A DNA stretch of 64,000 nt from a virus, in the IMG/VR virus record IMGVR_UViG_3300031576_000028, positions 14,896-78,895 of that record; one strand, written 5' to 3'. The stretch's first letter is position 1, and each line of letters starts with the position of its first letter. Of the stretch, positions 63,171 to 64,000 are shown piece by piece. Both the position numbers and the translations under genes were made by a program. The notes beneath the pieces were generated by a model, which did not search any database, was not told where the DNA came from, and saw nothing but the letters and a program-made list of their open reading frames with translations.

Positions 63171-64000
63171 CGCTGCACCTTGCCGTAGCGCGAGCCAGGC
63201 TTGCAGGGCCAGCAGTCGTGCGGGGACTCGCACCCGCCGGCGATCTCCGCTCGCCGCTTCTCGGCGTACCACCTCGGGAGGAACATCAGCGCCGCGTCGC
63301 CGTCGCACCCCATCCAGCGCTTCTCGGCCTCGGTGTTGCGCAGGTGCTGCTCGGTGATGATCGGGTCTCGCTGCAGGACTGGCACTGGGAGGTCGTACTC
63401 CTTGCGGAACCAGCCGGCGCGTTCCGACACGAACTTGGCCGACATGACGACCCACACCGGCGGCGGGACGTCGGCGAACTGCTTGCCTTCCCTGAACCAC
63501 CGCAGCCTCCAGATCGCCCAGTGCTCGGCGGGCACGCTGTGCTCGGCCATCGCGTTGCCGGCGGCGAGCAGCCTGTCGAAGCCGCGAGCCCTCCTGATGT
63601 CGCCCTTCGAGTAGTGCCACCAGCTCGTCCCGTACACGGCTCGGACGGCTCGGCGGTAGCCGTCGACGACCTCGCGGGCCTTCTGCTCGTCGGTGAGCTC
63701 GGGCGAGATGTACATGACGGTGATCGGCGGCCTCGGGTGCGAGTCGGGGGGCAGGTACGGGGCGCGGGCGCGGGGGCCGTGGGGCGTCAGCGGTGGGGCG
63801 TCGGAGCCGATCATGATGCCGCCGACCGACTTGGGGGCCGCGAGGTCGTCGAGGGCGTCGTCGTCCTGGAGCATGACCTCGACGGCCCTGTCAGGAGAAA
63901 TTGTAAGCTCGCCGACAGGCGCCTTCTTTGAAGCTCCTGTATCTTCCAAACTGTTTACTTTAATAAGTACAGAGGTCGACGTTTCATCGTGTAACTCGGG
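63167..64000 (-). CDS. hypothetical protein, possible replication initiator (starts beyond the window)
   Basis: The frame stays open to the window edge; coupled to the helicase; AT-rich segment at 63890-64000. Confidence 0.45.
   Translation of the reverse strand, partial: PELHDETSTSVLIKVNSLEDTGASKKAPVGELTISPDRAVEVMLQDDDALDDLAAPKSVGGIMIGSDAPPLTPHGPRARAPYLPPDSHPRPPITVMYISPELTDEQKAREVVDGYRRAVRAVYGTSWWHYSKGDIRRARGFDRLLAAGNAMAEHSVPAEHWAIWRLRWFREGKQFADVPPPVWVVMSAKFVSERAGWFRKEYDLPVPVLQRDPIITEQHLRNTEAEKRWMGCDGDAALMFLPRWYAEKRRAEIAGGCESPHDCWPCKPGSRYGKVQR

Noticed and set aside
1-64000. Many long + strand and alternate-frame ORFs in the track (for example 18973-21267, 46741-48330, 57533-58759)
   Set aside because: They are shadows of real - strand genes in high-GC DNA: Arg/Pro/Gly-rich or antisense, with no motifs.
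1-64000. Host assignment and lifestyle
   Set aside because: High GC alone does not identify the host, and no integrase, att site or tRNA is visible; the rest of the genome is outside the window.

Overview
A 64 kb slice of a very GC-rich (roughly 70% by eye) tailed dsDNA phage with a contractile tail. Almost all genes are on the - strand and tightly coupled by ATGA/GTGA overlaps; the exception is a + strand island at 38.5-41.5 kb. From left to right the window holds: baseplate hub, LysM protein, tape measure, chaperone with a -1 frameshift, tube, sheath, neck, capsid and scaffold genes; a head-accessory operon (FolE, MuF-like, DUF192, C39 peptidase) and the portal; an endolysin; accessory ORFs; TerL with an adjacent EndoVII endonuclease; a collagen/Gly-rich appendage module and a probable TerS; a DNA 7-deazaguanine operon (DpdL-like T-fold, glycosyltransferase, unknown, DpdA, ParB-like, QueD, HNH, QueE); and a replication/recombination block (SbcCD, RecA, gp32-like SSB, UvsY-like, intein-containing dCTP deaminase, UDG-fused intein-containing PolA, primase, helicase). 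Best candidates for undescribed biology: (1) a QueC-less deazaguanine pathway translationally coupled to a glycosyltransferase; (2) a shared C-terminal helix motif on many unrelated accessory proteins; (3) shared N- and C-terminal tags on head-module proteins, possibly capsid-targeting signals. All assignments come from reading motifs by eye; no searches were run. No integrase, tRNA or CRISPR array was recognised.
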